Positions 54,053 to 64,000 of a stretch of 64,000 nt of DNA are shown one piece after another. The notes below the pieces were generated by a model. The model had not been told where the DNA came from. It saw only the letters and a list, made by a program, of their open reading frames with translations, and did not search any database. Origin of the DNA: Candidatus Multivorans sp. (GTDB taxonomy: Bacteria; Acidobacteriota; Thermoanaerobaculia; Multivoradales; Multivoraceae); contig OZ245033.1 of the NCBI GenBank assembly GCA_965224025.1, positions 1,152,001 to 1,216,000 of the forward strand, in the 5' to 3' direction. A program made the position numbers and the translations under genes. Positions within the stretch are counted from its first letter, which is position 1; each line of letters starts with the position of its first letter.

Positions 54053-54733
54053 TCACTCCTCCATCGCCACGGCGGCCAGCACTCCACCCAGCACCCAGTA
54101 GATCACATCGAAGGCGATCAGAATGGCGAACCAACTGTCCGTCTGGTCCATCGGATCCCCGTGCAGCACGAGGGCCGCGCTCTTGACCGAGGCGATCAGC
54201 ACCGGGATGACCAAGGGGAAGAGGAGGAGGGGCAGCAGCACGTCCTGACTCGAGCCACGGCTGGTCATCGCCGCGTACAGGGTGCCGGGCGCGGCGAGTC
54301 CGGCGGCGGCGAGCAGCCAGACGCCGAACAGCCAGAGCAGAGCGTTCGGTCCGGCGTGGACCCCGTAGATGATGATCGCCGAGGGCAGCAGCACGGGCGC
54401 CAGCAGGGCCAGGAAGACGAAGTTGCCGAGCGCCTTGGCGTAGAAGAGAACCGCCGGTTCGACCGGCAGCAGCAACAGCCCCTCCAGGGCGCGGTTCTCC
54501 CGTTCGACCCGGAAGGACTCGGAGAGCCCCAGGGTCGAGCTCAGGAGCAGGGCGAGGATCAGAAAACCGGGCGCCATGATCGCCGCCGCGCGTTCGTCGG
54601 CGTCGATGGTGAAGGAGAACAGCACCAGCGTGATGCCTCCGAAGAGCACGATGGAGAAGAAGCGGAACCGGCCCCGCCACTCGACCCGCAGGTCCTTCGT
54701 CAGCAGCACGAGTACTGGACGGAGCAACTTCAC
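54053..54733 (-). CDS. ccmB: Heme exporter permease CcmB
   Basis: KDLRVEWR, F..ERE...LEGLLL, KALGN, LLPLLLFPLVIPVLI. Confidence 0.92.
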   Translation of the reverse strand: MKLLRPVLVLLTKDLRVEWRGRFRFFSIVLFGGITLVLFSFTIDADERAAAIMAPGFLILALLLSSTLGLSESFRVERENRALEGLLLLPVEPAVLFYAKALGNFVFLALLAPVLLPSAIIIYGVHAGPNALLWLFGVWLLAAAGLAAPGTLYAAMTSRGSSQDVLLPLLLFPLVIPVLIASVKSAALVLHGDPMDQTDSWFAILIAFDVIYWVLGGVLAAVAMEE

Positions 54734-55416
54734 AGTTTCGCCAACCTCCGCCCCCAGGCGTCGTCGAGATCGGCGGCCGCGCCCTGCCACACCGCCTGGC
54801 CCTGCTCGAGCAGCACCGCCCGGCGGCACATGCGGGCAGCCCGCTCTATCGCGTGCGAGGCGACGATCAGGGTGCCGCCGCCGTCCACGAAACGTCCGAT
54901 CCAGCTCTCGATCAGGCTTTGCCCCTGCGGGTCGAGGGACGCGAAGGGCTCGTCGAGGAGCAGCAGCCGCGGGTTCTCGAGTCGGGAGCGCGCGAGGATC
55001 AGGCGCTTCCTCATGCCGGCCGAGAAACCGGCAACCTGGCGGTCGGCGGCGGCCGAGAGACCGAGTTCGCCGAGCAGGTCGTGGAGCTGGAACTGACTGG
55101 AGCGCCGTCCGCAGAGCGAACTCCAGAGCTGCAGCGTCTCCAGGGCGGTCAGCCGGTCGTAGAGATAGTCGTGGTGGGAGACCAGGGACAGTGTGCCGCG
55201 GACCCCGAAGCGATTCTCGGCCGCGCGCCGTCCGTCGACCTGGAGTTCGCCCGCCGTGGGACGCCGGAGTCCGGCGATCAGCCGCAGCAGGGTCGTCTTC
55301 CCGGAACCGTTGGCCCCGGCCAGCAGCAGGCGGTCGCCGGACGCGAGGTCGAGGTCGACGTGGGCGAGAGCCCACTGCGATCCGAACCGTATTCCGAGTC
55401 CGCGTGCGTGAATCAA
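54730..55416 (-). CDS. ccmA: Heme exporter ATP-binding protein CcmA
   Basis: GANGSGKTTLLR, FSAGMRKRL, LLLDEPF. Start estimated at TTG 55416. Confidence 0.9.
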   Translation of the reverse strand: MIHARGLGIRFGSQWALAHVDLDLASGDRLLLAGANGSGKTTLLRLIAGLRRPTAGELQVDGRRAAENRFGVRGTLSLVSHHDYLYDRLTALETLQLWSSLCGRRSSQFQLHDLLGELGLSAAADRQVAGFSAGMRKRLILARSRLENPRLLLLDEPFASLDPQGQSLIESWIGRFVDGGGTLIVASHAIERAARMCRRAVLLEQGQAVWQGAAADLDDAWGRRLAKL

Positions 55417-55600
55417 GGTATGGCGTTGTCTGCCGGTGTGGGAAAGCGCGTAGTGCCGATAGGATCGGGCTTGCTTGGCCGAGGCCAAGCCGAGATAATG
55501 CCACGAGAGTACCGTTGACGTTCGAAACGACCCCAGCGAAGATCTGGAGCAGCAACGGAGTTGGTGGGGTGCGACCCGCAGTTCATTCGTCACGCCTTCA

Positions 55601-56922
55601 TTGGTCTCGCGAAGGGGGACCGGTGGCGTGACCGTCTTCCGTGCCCTAGCCCTAGCGAGGCGCTTCCTAGCCGGCGCTCTCGACCGCGTCGTCTCTACTG
55701 GCTTGCGCATGCGCTTGCCTTTGGGCGAGGCGCACGGGCTCTCCACTCAGGAGTTACTTGAGCGGACAGATACATTCAACCTTGCCGCTGAGCGCTACTT
55801 CGCCGACTTTGCGGATACGCCTTGGCTGCTGCACAAACCGTTCAACTTGCCGGAGTATTCGCGGTACCTCTTCAACCTCGGCGTCCTGTTCCATTGGGGC
55901 AGAGTGGCCCCGGGCGACACCGTGGCGGACTTCGGCGCCGGGACTTGTTGGGTTTCGCACTTCCTGAATCTCTACGGTTGTCGCACAATCGCGATCGACG
56001 TCTCGGCCACGGCTTTGGGCCTTGGCCGCGAGCTGTTCCAATCGCACCGTTGGACGCGGTGGGATCTTGACCCTCGGTTTCTGACCTACGACGGCTACTC
56101 CATCCCACTGGAAGACGCTGCATGCGACCACGTCGTGGTTCATGACGCGCGTTTCATCACGTGCCCAACCAGGAGCAGATCCTCGGTGAGTTCTTTCGCG
56201 TCACGAAAGAGGGAGGAATCGTGGCGATGTGCGAGCCGGGACGTCACCATTCGTGTACCGAGACTAGCCGACACGAAATGGAGATGACGGGGGTGCTCGA
56301 GAACGACATTGTGGTGGAGGAACTCGGTCGGCTCGCTCGCTCGTGTGGTTTTCGCCGCGTCAGCGTCGTACCGCTCAGTCTCGGCGGTGTGCCGGAGGTC
56401 CCGGCTGAGGACTTTTCGTCGTTCCTCTGCGGGCGGGGCCTTTACCGCCGCTGGCCTCATCAAGCCCGTTCACTCTTGGGCGGACATTTCATTCTCCTCT
56501 ACAAGGGTCCCTTCCGAGCCACGAGTCGCCGTCGCGAAGGGCTGCACGCATTCGTCGATCTGCTCAGCGGAGACTGCGCCCGCGTGGTAGCGGGAGCACA
56601 ACTCGATCTGCCGGTGCGGGTGCGCAACGACGGGGAGGCCCGGTGGTTGGGGGAGAGCAACGGTGTGCCGGGGGTCACACGCGTCGGCGCGCACCTTAGG
56701 GACGCGAATGACACGATGGTCGACTACGACTGGTACCGTCTGTCCCTGCCGGGCGAGATGGAGCCGGGCGAGGAGGAGCAGTTGACTCTCGATTGCACGG
56801 CGCCCTCGGTTCCAGGCCGCTACATCGTGGAGGTCGACATGGTCGCCGAGGGGGTCGCCTGGTTTGCCCAATTGGGTTCGCCCACGGTGAAGCTGACCCT
56901 GGATGTAAGAGCCGCTGAGTGA
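55601..56922 (+). pseudogene. Class I SAM-dependent methyltransferase with C-terminal Ig-like domain, frameshifted
   Basis: VADFGAGTCW, AIDVS; an extra CG in GACGCGCGTTT (about 56146-56151) breaks HDAFHHVP; the second frame continues CEPG...V.VRN.G...W...PGRY.VEVDMV.EG..WF. Confidence 0.78.
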
Positions 56923-57088
56923 GATTGGTTTGGCGCCCGGGCTTCGTTGAGGCCGTGGGCGTGGCCGGACATCTGAGGTGGTCCCGGTTCACGGCGCTGG
57001 GCGGCAGGACGCCTGTTGAAGCCCACGGCGAGTCCATGTGACGTGGTGGCGGCGGGCGTCGTACGGCGCGGTGATCAGGCTTCTAAAG

Positions 57089-57275
57089 CTAGCGAGGCTT
57101 CGCCTCAGACCGACGAGCATGTCCTTGCGGGCTACGCGAGCCGACGTATCGATGCATGGCTCTGGCTGAAACTTGCCTCAACTGCAAGAACCACGCTCGT
57201 TCAAGGAGTCTAGCGAGGCTTCGCCTCAGACCGACGAGCTCAACTGTAAAGGTGACGCCCGTTCAAGGAATCTAG
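57089..57275. repeat. Tandem CTAG-[117 bp]-CTAG-[58 bp]-CTAG, copies 2 and 3 of the non-coding unit
   Basis: 57093-57209 matches 28345-28461; 57214-57271 keeps both ends with the middle deleted. Confidence 0.9.
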
Positions 57276-57710
57276 AGGAGCCGACCTATGCTGGCGCCTA
57301 TGCCTACGGTCGCAACAGCACCCGGACCGAGGTTGTCGACGGCTCGCTGCGACGCCGCATCGTGCGGAAGCCGTTGGAGGAATGGTCGGTGTTGATCCCC
57401 GCTCATCACGAGGGCTACACTTGCGTGGGATCAGTTCCAGAGGATCCAGCAGATGCTTGACGACAACGTTGCGGACTTTCGCCGCGGCGGGTGCCGGAGA
57501 GCGCCGAAGCGGGGGCCGGCCCTGCTGGCGGGGCTGCTGCGTTGCGGTCGCTGCGGTCGCTGCGGTCGCAAGCTGATGGTTGGCTACTCGGGCAAGAATC
57601 GGGCCGCACCGCGGTATCAGTGCCATCGAGCCCGGCTCGACCGGCTGGCATCCAAGTGCATCTCCTTCGGCGGTCTGTCGGTCGACCAGGCGGTGGCGAA
57701 GGAGCTCCTT
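57276..57710 (+). pseudogene. Internal fragment of a large serine recombinase (recombinase and zinc-ribbon domains)
   Basis: P.YAGAYAYGR, HHEGY, frameshift, then ALLAGLLRCGRCG..L...Y....RYQC; no catalytic domain. Confidence 0.8.
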
Positions 57711-58096
57711 GAGCACCGGCACCAGACACCGCTGGGAGATGGCCCGTACCGTCGCTACGTGCTCCCACTGCAACACCTCGTCCACGAGGTTGATGTGGTA
57801 CACGCCCTTCTCGCGGTTCCGCGGCGGTCACGAATGCGGCCGGTCTCCCGGTGCTGCCGAATCAGCCGCGTCACCTGCGACTCGGACTTCCCGGTCGTCT
57901 TCATCAGGTAGCTCCGAATCGCGCCCTTGTCGAGCCTCGCAAGCGCCCGGTACCGGAACCTGACCAACGTCTCACGGATGAACTCGTAGCTCGATCCTCG
58001 GTCGACCAGCACGAAGTCCACCTCCTCGTTGCCGGACAGGAAACTGCGGACCTCGTCAAGAGTCTGAACTCGGCGTGTCTGGAGCGTCACGATCAT
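57699..58096 (-). pseudogene. Integrase-core (rve) transposase fragment, internally deleted
   Basis: MIVTLQT..VQTLDEVRSFL...QVTRLIRQH joined to YHINLVDEV.QWE.V......S...LVPVL. Confidence 0.7.
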
Positions 58097-58136
58097 CCTC
58101 CGATGATCCCCGATCCCAACCTGGAGGCATCGCTCG

Positions 58137-58172
58137 GAAACTGATCCACTCATCGCGGGGAAAGTGATCCAC
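58137..58172 (+). mobile_element. IS21-like end remnant
   Basis: Direct repeats GAAACTGATCCAC and GAAAGTGATCCAC 23 bp apart, like the iterated transposase sites at IS21 ends. Confidence 0.45.
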
Positions 58173-58224
58173 CCTCGGCCCTTGGCCGGTAGCTTGGTCT
58201 TGTTCAGGAGACCAACGCGATCGG

Positions 58225-58634
58225 AGAAAATCCGGTCGACGGGGAACCCGTTCTACGAGGCGCTGAATGGTCTCTTCGAGGCGAACGGATTCGACGAGTT
58301 CGCGGAGGAGCTGTGCGGTGAGTTCTACGCGGAGACTCGCGGTCGTCCGGGCGTAGCTCCGGGGGTGTACTTCCGGATGTTGATGGTCGGCTACCTGGAG
58401 GGGATCGACTCGGACCGCGGGATCGCCTGGCGCTGCGCGGATTCGATTTCGCTGCGTGGTTTTCTGAGTTCCTGGCTCCTGACACGACCGCACTGTCATT
58501 CCCGCGCCATTCTCCACCGGACTCGCTTCTCATTCTCTGCGGAGTCCCGTGCCGCGAATCCACGCCGCTCGCGGAGAACGCTTATCTCCATGCCGACCGC
58601 CCGGCTCAGAGCCATTTCTGCCACGGGCAGCTAG
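58225..58634 (+). pseudogene. IS1182/IS5-like (DUF772) transposase N-terminal fragment joined to an element end
   Basis: PFY..LN......FD.F....C..FYA...GRPG..P.VYFRML.VGY.EGIDS.RGIAWRCADS.SLR.FL; ends TTCTGCCACGGGCAG-CTAG. Confidence 0.72.
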
Positions 58635-59550
58635 TGCCGTGTCACTCGTCAAGAGTCGGATAGAGGCGCTTGGGTTTGACGCGAGCGTCGTCGGTGGTGA
58701 AGTGCCAGTTGACCTTGGCTTGGATCCGGTCTCTGGCGTCCTGCCAGGCGCCGACTTCGGCGCGTATGGTGTCGATGGAATCGATGCGGCGGTTGAGGCA
58801 CTGTCGGATCATCACGCTGAGTTCGACCTCGGCGACGTTGAGCCAACTGCCGTGCTTGGGGGTGTAGACGAACTCGAAGCGGTCCCACAGCGCCTTGGCC
58901 CGGGCCGGGTCGAAGGTCTGGTAGAGCGGGCCGGGGCGGTGGGTGTTGAGGTTGTCCATCACCAGCGTGATTCGGGTGGCGTCGGGATACTGCCCGGCGA
59001 TGTCTTCCAGGAAACGCGCCCAGTCGGTCTTGGTCCTGCGCTCGGTGACCTTGGTCAGACGCCGCCCGGCCAGCGGTTCGGTCGCCATGAACACGTTGCA
59101 GGTGCCGCAGCGTCGGTACTCGTAGTCTTCGCGGACCTCCCGTCCAGGGGCCGGCGGGATGGGAGCGCGTGTTTCGGCGATAAACTGCCGCGGCGTCTCG
59201 TCCATGCACACCACCGGGAAGTGTGCGTCGTACGGACGCCGATAGACGTCGAGCACTCGCTCCATGCCTGCCGCGAAGTCGGCGTTGCATTGCGGCGGAA
59301 TCACCCAGCCGACGCGGCGCCACGGTTTGAGAGCGTTCTCTTTAGCACCCGTCGCACCGTTTCGTGCGAGACGCTGTCGATATAGCCGAGCTCCACCGCA
59401 CGGTCCGCCAACAGACGCAGCGACCACTGCGAACGTCCTTCGGGCGGGTCGCCGCAACTGAGCGCGACCAGCCGCGCCTCGAACTCGCCATCCGCCTTGC
59501 GCAGATACTTGGGACGACGCCCCTGCCGATTCCCGAGCGCTGCCTCCAGC
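58632..59550 (-). mobile_element. 5'-truncated IS630-family element (two-ORF transposase)
   Basis: ORF A end PP.GR.QWSLRLLA...SHETVRRVLK; ORF B VVCMDE, LVMDNLNTH, YTPKHGSWLN.AE.E; end TAGTGCCGTGTCA at a TA. The usual poly-A slip site reads AAAGAGAAC. Confidence 0.85.
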
Positions 59551-60073
59551 CGCCGCCGGGTACCCGCGCATAGCCGCGCGTGTCGCCAAGAACGCGCCAG
59601 TTCGAAGCCAGATAACACGTGCCCGCGTACCGGCTCGGATCGACGAACGTCTCCGCCAGCAAGACCGGATGACCGACCTGAGACTGCATGTCGGAAGACA
59701 GGCGCCGCAACGCCAAACCCAGCACCCGCGAAGCGAGATTCGGAACATCGACGCCCGGTAACACCAGAAAGCGAGTGTTGTTGGCGACCAGCCGCAAACG
59801 ACGAAACTGCTGCTCGCGGGTCCATCCGATCCAACGGTCGCGAGCGCCGACCTTGAACGAGCCCGCGTGCCACCCGAGAAGCGCCAACCAAGTCCCGTCC
59901 GCCGCCTCCGCAACCTGACGCACGCCACCGCCGACCAGACCGCGAAAGCCCAAGTAGTGGTGACGCTCCATCAACAGGTCCCAACGAGACGACTCCCCCC
60001 GATCCGTGACCCGCCGCACCACAACCTGACGCAGATCGACCCGCGCCGCTGCCCCCAACATCGACCCGCCCAT
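59551..60073 (-). pseudogene. DUF4338 (DruA-like) domain of an IS-associated protein, 3'-truncated
   Basis: HHYLG, RDRWIGW, LVANNTRFLVLP, NLASRVL, LAETFVD..Y.GTCY.ASNW..LG.TRG. Confidence 0.8.
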
Positions 60074-60345
60074 CGAGACCGATCATGCTGAAGACCGCAC
60101 GGAATGTCCAGAACCCCAACGAAGACCAGCCAACACGGCCCATCAAGAACGACTTTGGGACAGCCCTGGTTGGACAAGACTTCCCCTTGACACGGGCAAG
60201 GCACCCAACTAGCGTCCGACGTTCCATCCGCACTCCATGTGTCCGATCTGGTGGAAGCGCCCTATTCACCCGGGTCTACGGGTCGGCAGTTGGCGGCTGT
60301 GCCGCTGACGGCGGGCTGTAGCGTCCAGACACCTGGGAGGCCCGT

Positions 60346-60714
60346 ATGAGACACGACCTGCGCGGTGCCGCGCTGGCTGCCCCGTTCTTCGCGCTCATCC
60401 ACGGCGCTGGCCCTGCATCCATCGCTGAGGGCGTGTTCATTCCTGCCCTGCCCGACACGTGGACGACGTCGGTCGCGGATGTTGGCCCCAACTGCTGGGA
60501 TCCGAAATTCCAGCCGCCGCCGATCGAGAGCACGGTTTTGGGCGGCAGCGGGTACTGCGATACGAGTGCTCTCTACCATGGGCCGACCGCTGGTACAGGT
60601 GTGATCGTGATCGGCTCATGGGTCCGAGGAGTAACAAGTACCGTCACTACCATCGGAAGCAGCCTGAAAACTCTAGCAACCGCCACGTGCGACCCGGAGG
60701 AACCAGCCCTATGA
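60346..60714 (+). CDS. Hypothetical exported protein
   Basis: GGGAGG RBS, signal-peptide-like N-terminus, ATGA overlap with the next gene; no family recognised. Confidence 0.45.
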   Translation: MRHDLRGAALAAPFFALIHGAGPASIAEGVFIPALPDTWTTSVADVGPNCWDPKFQPPPIESTVLGGSGYCDTSALYHGPTAGTGVIVIGSWVRGVTSTVTTIGSSLKTLATATCDPEEPAL

Positions 60715-63465
60715 GTATGCCTCGAATAGCCCGACCAAGTGTGACCATTCTCTTCCTATTCCTGGCAAGCGGCTCCGTGGGGCTCGCAACCGAGACTCCT
60801 GAGACTTGTAGCTCAGGCACCTACAACACGTACGAGTACTGGCTCATGCTGCACGCGAAGTTCACGAGGAGTAAGAACATCCTGCGCGACGGCACGTATG
60901 GAGGCCATCCTGGGAACTACACGCTCACGGTCACGGCAGATGGTAGTGACGGCACGACCACGCAGCTCCTGCAGGTCAGTGCAACTGGTGTGACAAGCCG
61001 ACGGACTCACTCCTTCTCGCTTGCTTCCAGGACGACCGTCAGTGTGGCCTTGACGGGACTGAACGCCGATTTCGACTGTCAGGTTGGAAATGAGCTTTGC
61101 ACGAACCGCGGAGGCCGGCAAGATGACGGCTGGAGCGGGGAACTTGGCCCAGGGGCCCATAGTATTGCAGTGTACATATTGGGCGACGGACGACACGGCT
61201 GGTGGCGTGGCGAGCTATGGGGGAGGCAAGTGGTCCTGCAGACGCACCCGGCGGTCACGTCTTATGATCTCTATGTGGTGAAGCCGACGCTGCTGGAGTA
61301 TTGGGGCACGTTTCGCGGAAACAATTGGGAGCATCCGCTCAGTCACTCGTTCGACTCTCCTATCACTTGGATGAACAAGTGTATGGCGGTCGACGCATCC
61401 TTGCAAAATTCCTTCACGGTGCGGGCACTGGACAACCAAAAAAGAAAGAACTCAAGTACCTCGACCGGCCTGATCATGCGGGTCGAGATTCTGGAGCACT
61501 TGTCCTCATTCACAATCCCGGAACAGGGCGGTGCTACGCTCGAAGACGTGCTCAAGATTCGTTTCTGGCCAGACTACAGCGGCGCGCCCAACGCCCACGA
61601 GACCTATCATCTCGCAAGGGGCTTCGGAACCGTCTACTTCGTGACCGCTAACGAAGGAGAACCTAGCGGCGTCGAGCGCAGTTGGGCTTACTGTTTGCCA
61701 GACGACACTACTGATCCTGCGACTGAGGTTTGTTTGTGGGATGAGACTGAGACGGTGTCGCCTCCGACGATACCTTGGTTCGACCCTTTTCATAACATGA
61801 CGGCTGTGTGGAATGGGTTCTTCGATGACTACGACCACGATGTCGACGGCGCAGCTATCGGATCCGAGAATGTGCCGGGGTGGACCTCGACCTCCAACGA
61901 TGCCGTGATGACGCGGACCGGGCCGCAGCGGGACGGCGTCTGGCAAGCCGCCCTCCGGGGCAGTTCTGGGGGCGGCGACTCAATCGCCGACGCGGCGGTC
62001 ACGGACGCGATTCCCGTTAGCGGAGGCACCTACTAACTTTATGGTTGTATTTTTGGCGGGAGCGAGGACGACGACGCCTACCTTGACTTCAACGACGGCG
62101 TTACGGGCGGAACGGCGATGGAGGATGTACACGTTGTAGCCACCTCGAGTGGAACCTGGGAGTGTAAGAGCCAGACGAAACATATTCCTGCCTCGGCGGT
62201 GTCGGTCAGAATTCGTATTGTGCGGGACGGTGCGAATGAGGGTAATGCATACTTTGACCATATAGAGTTGAGAAAGCTGGCACCTGACTCCGCCCCGCCC
62301 CCGCCCCCGCCCCCGCCCCCGCCAGAGCCCACGCGGAGCCTGCCACTTACGGTGTCTGAGACGAACGTATCCGGCGATCAGACCTACAGGTTCACGCTGT
62401 CTTCCACTACGGAAGTCGACGTTGTGGTGTCAGACCAGAGCACGGACATCGATTGCCGGATAAACAGTACGTCCTGCCGAAACCACGGTGGCACCGGCGA
62501 CGAGACGTGGAGCGGCACTCTGAACGCCGGAACCCATACCGTGACGGTGTACCCGTTCCGCAGCTCGGGCAGCTATACGCTCACGGTGACCGGAACCAGT
62601 ACAGCGCGGTCGCCGCCGCTGTCTGTGCCGGAGATCCCCAACTTCCGGTTGCCGTCTGGGGGCACTGTCAACACGATGTTCCCCGCGGCAACTGGAGGTA
62701 CAGCGCCTTACGTGTACAGGGCTGCCGCCAGGGATGACGTTCGTTGCGTCAACGCGCCGCGCGAGCGGGACGCTCCCGACCGTCACGACCGACACGGATT
62801 ACACGATCAAGTACACCGCCACAGACAGCGCAAGTGCGTCGGCCTTCGTGACGTTCGTTACCACCGTCGTTGCGCCAGGACCGCCGTCGGCGCCGCAGTT
62901 GACGGGTGCGGTAACAGGGCGGACCCAGACATTGACCTGGACTACGCCTGCAACGGGTAGCGGGATCACGCGCTATCAGTTGCAGACCAGGGCATCGACG
63001 GCCCACGCATGGCGTTTCACGGACGCAGGAACGCCGTCGCCCTCGTCGAACATCGGTTCCAGCGTGAGGTCATGGAGCGTGTTCACGCCCTGGACCCTGG
63101 TTCGTCAGTATCAGGTGCGGGCGACGAATGCGGTCGGAGACGGCGCCTGGTCGAACGTCGTCGAGCTGACCACGCCGCCGGCGGCGGCGCCGCCGCCGCT
63201 GTCCGTGCCGGGGATCCCCGACTTCCGGTTGCCGTCAGGCGGCTCGGTGAACACGGTGTTTCCAGCCGCAACTGGAGGCTCGGCCCCCTACGCCTACAGC
63301 GTGTCGGGGCTGCCGCCGGGGATCACGTTCTACTCGTCAACGCGCGGCGCAAGCGGGACGCTTCCGACCGTCTCGACCGAGACGACCTACACGATCACCT
63401 ATTCCGTCACGGACAGCGCAGGCGCGTCTGACGCCGTCACGTTCACTGCTACCGTCCGCCCCTGA
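60711..63465 (+). pseudogene. Large secreted mosaic protein (PPC-like repeats, CBM-like domain, poly-Pro linker, putative Ig, FN3, putative Ig), disrupted
   Basis: Signal peptide; in-frame TAA at 62034-62036 with the frame resuming; 8-nt deletion near 62718 relative to the second Ig repeat; lower GC than the flanks. Confidence 0.7.
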
Positions 63466-63539
63466 TGCCGTCGCTCCTGGGTCATACCGGGGGCGACGGT
63501 TCTGCCTTCGAGGGAAAGGCGAGGCCAAGAAGCGGCCCC

Positions 63540-63648
63540 AGGCCGCCGGACTGGAAGATCGACACATCGAAGCCGGCGTCGAAGAAGTTTTCCGGACGAT
63601 CGGGGGCCCGGTTGGCCCGGTGCCGCCGACGAACATGATGCGTGTCAT
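63540..63648 (-). pseudogene. N-terminal fragment of an NAD-dependent epimerase/SDR
   Basis: MTRIMFVGGTGPTG..IVRK, frameshift, then LLDAGFDVSIF; nothing further. Confidence 0.5.
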
Positions 63649-64000
63649 GGCTGCAGGGCGCGCTCCTGTTCCAGGGTGCGGCTGGCGATCAGCGCGGACG
63701 AGGCCCTCAGCCGCGGCGCGTACACCCTTCAGGTCGGTCCCGACCTGTGGATGCCCTTCGATGCCGCCGACCATGATTGGGTCGTCGCGCGCTTTGATCG
63801 GAGGAGGCTCCGGATGCGGGAAGATCGAGAGAGCCGCTGGAAGCTCCAGGCTGCGGCAATCAGCAGGTACGAGGCGGGGCCCGTGGCTGCCACATGCGAG
63901 CCAACGCCGACAGCGCTATGCCTGCGGGGCGGTCGCTATCGCGCGACGCTTACCGACCTGGGGCTCGATCTGGTGGTGCGCGACATGCAGATCGGAACTG

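Noticed and set aside
57089-57275. CRISPR array
   Set aside because: Units are long near-copies without unique spacers, and no cas genes are present.
59551-60073. Druantia anti-phage system (DruA-like domain)
   Set aside because: A lone truncated DUF4338 domain among IS debris; no DruE helicase or other dru genes.
62034-62036. Programmed stop-codon recoding
   Set aside because: The stop is TAA, not the TGA or TAG used for Sec/Pyl, and the same gene has a second lesion.

Overview
High-GC bacterial chromosomal segment. Gene content and order resemble Acidobacteriota-like bacteria, possibly host-associated; this is inference only. It carries intact housekeeping blocks: mutS2-dnaG-rpoD-tRNA-Asn, pckA-acs, an Rrf2-regulated sufBCDSUT operon with tkt, manC-trmB, tgt-yajC-secDF-rel, accBC-thiE-aroK, and a ccm cluster that lacks ccmC. 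Interspersed are three toxin-antitoxin modules (two VapBC, one divergent HicBA-like pair), several REP/MITE-like repeat families, decaying accessory genes and a 3-kb graveyard of IS fragments (57.1-60.2 kb). The strongest signal is a complete IS110 element (26641-28295). Its ends can be fixed from sequence alone, because excising it restores the terminal inverted repeat of a 49-bp CTAG-flanked MITE. Its non-coding left end contains two parallel loops that match the target and donor junctions, i.e. a readable bridge-RNA candidate apparently programmed against another mobile element. Also notable: a 117-bp non-coding unit bounded by CTAG with no terminal inverted repeats (three copies), a possible riboswitch-like leader, and diverged tandem duplications of gene ends. 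No CRISPR array, rRNA or reverse transcriptase was seen. All calls are by eye; no database searches were run.
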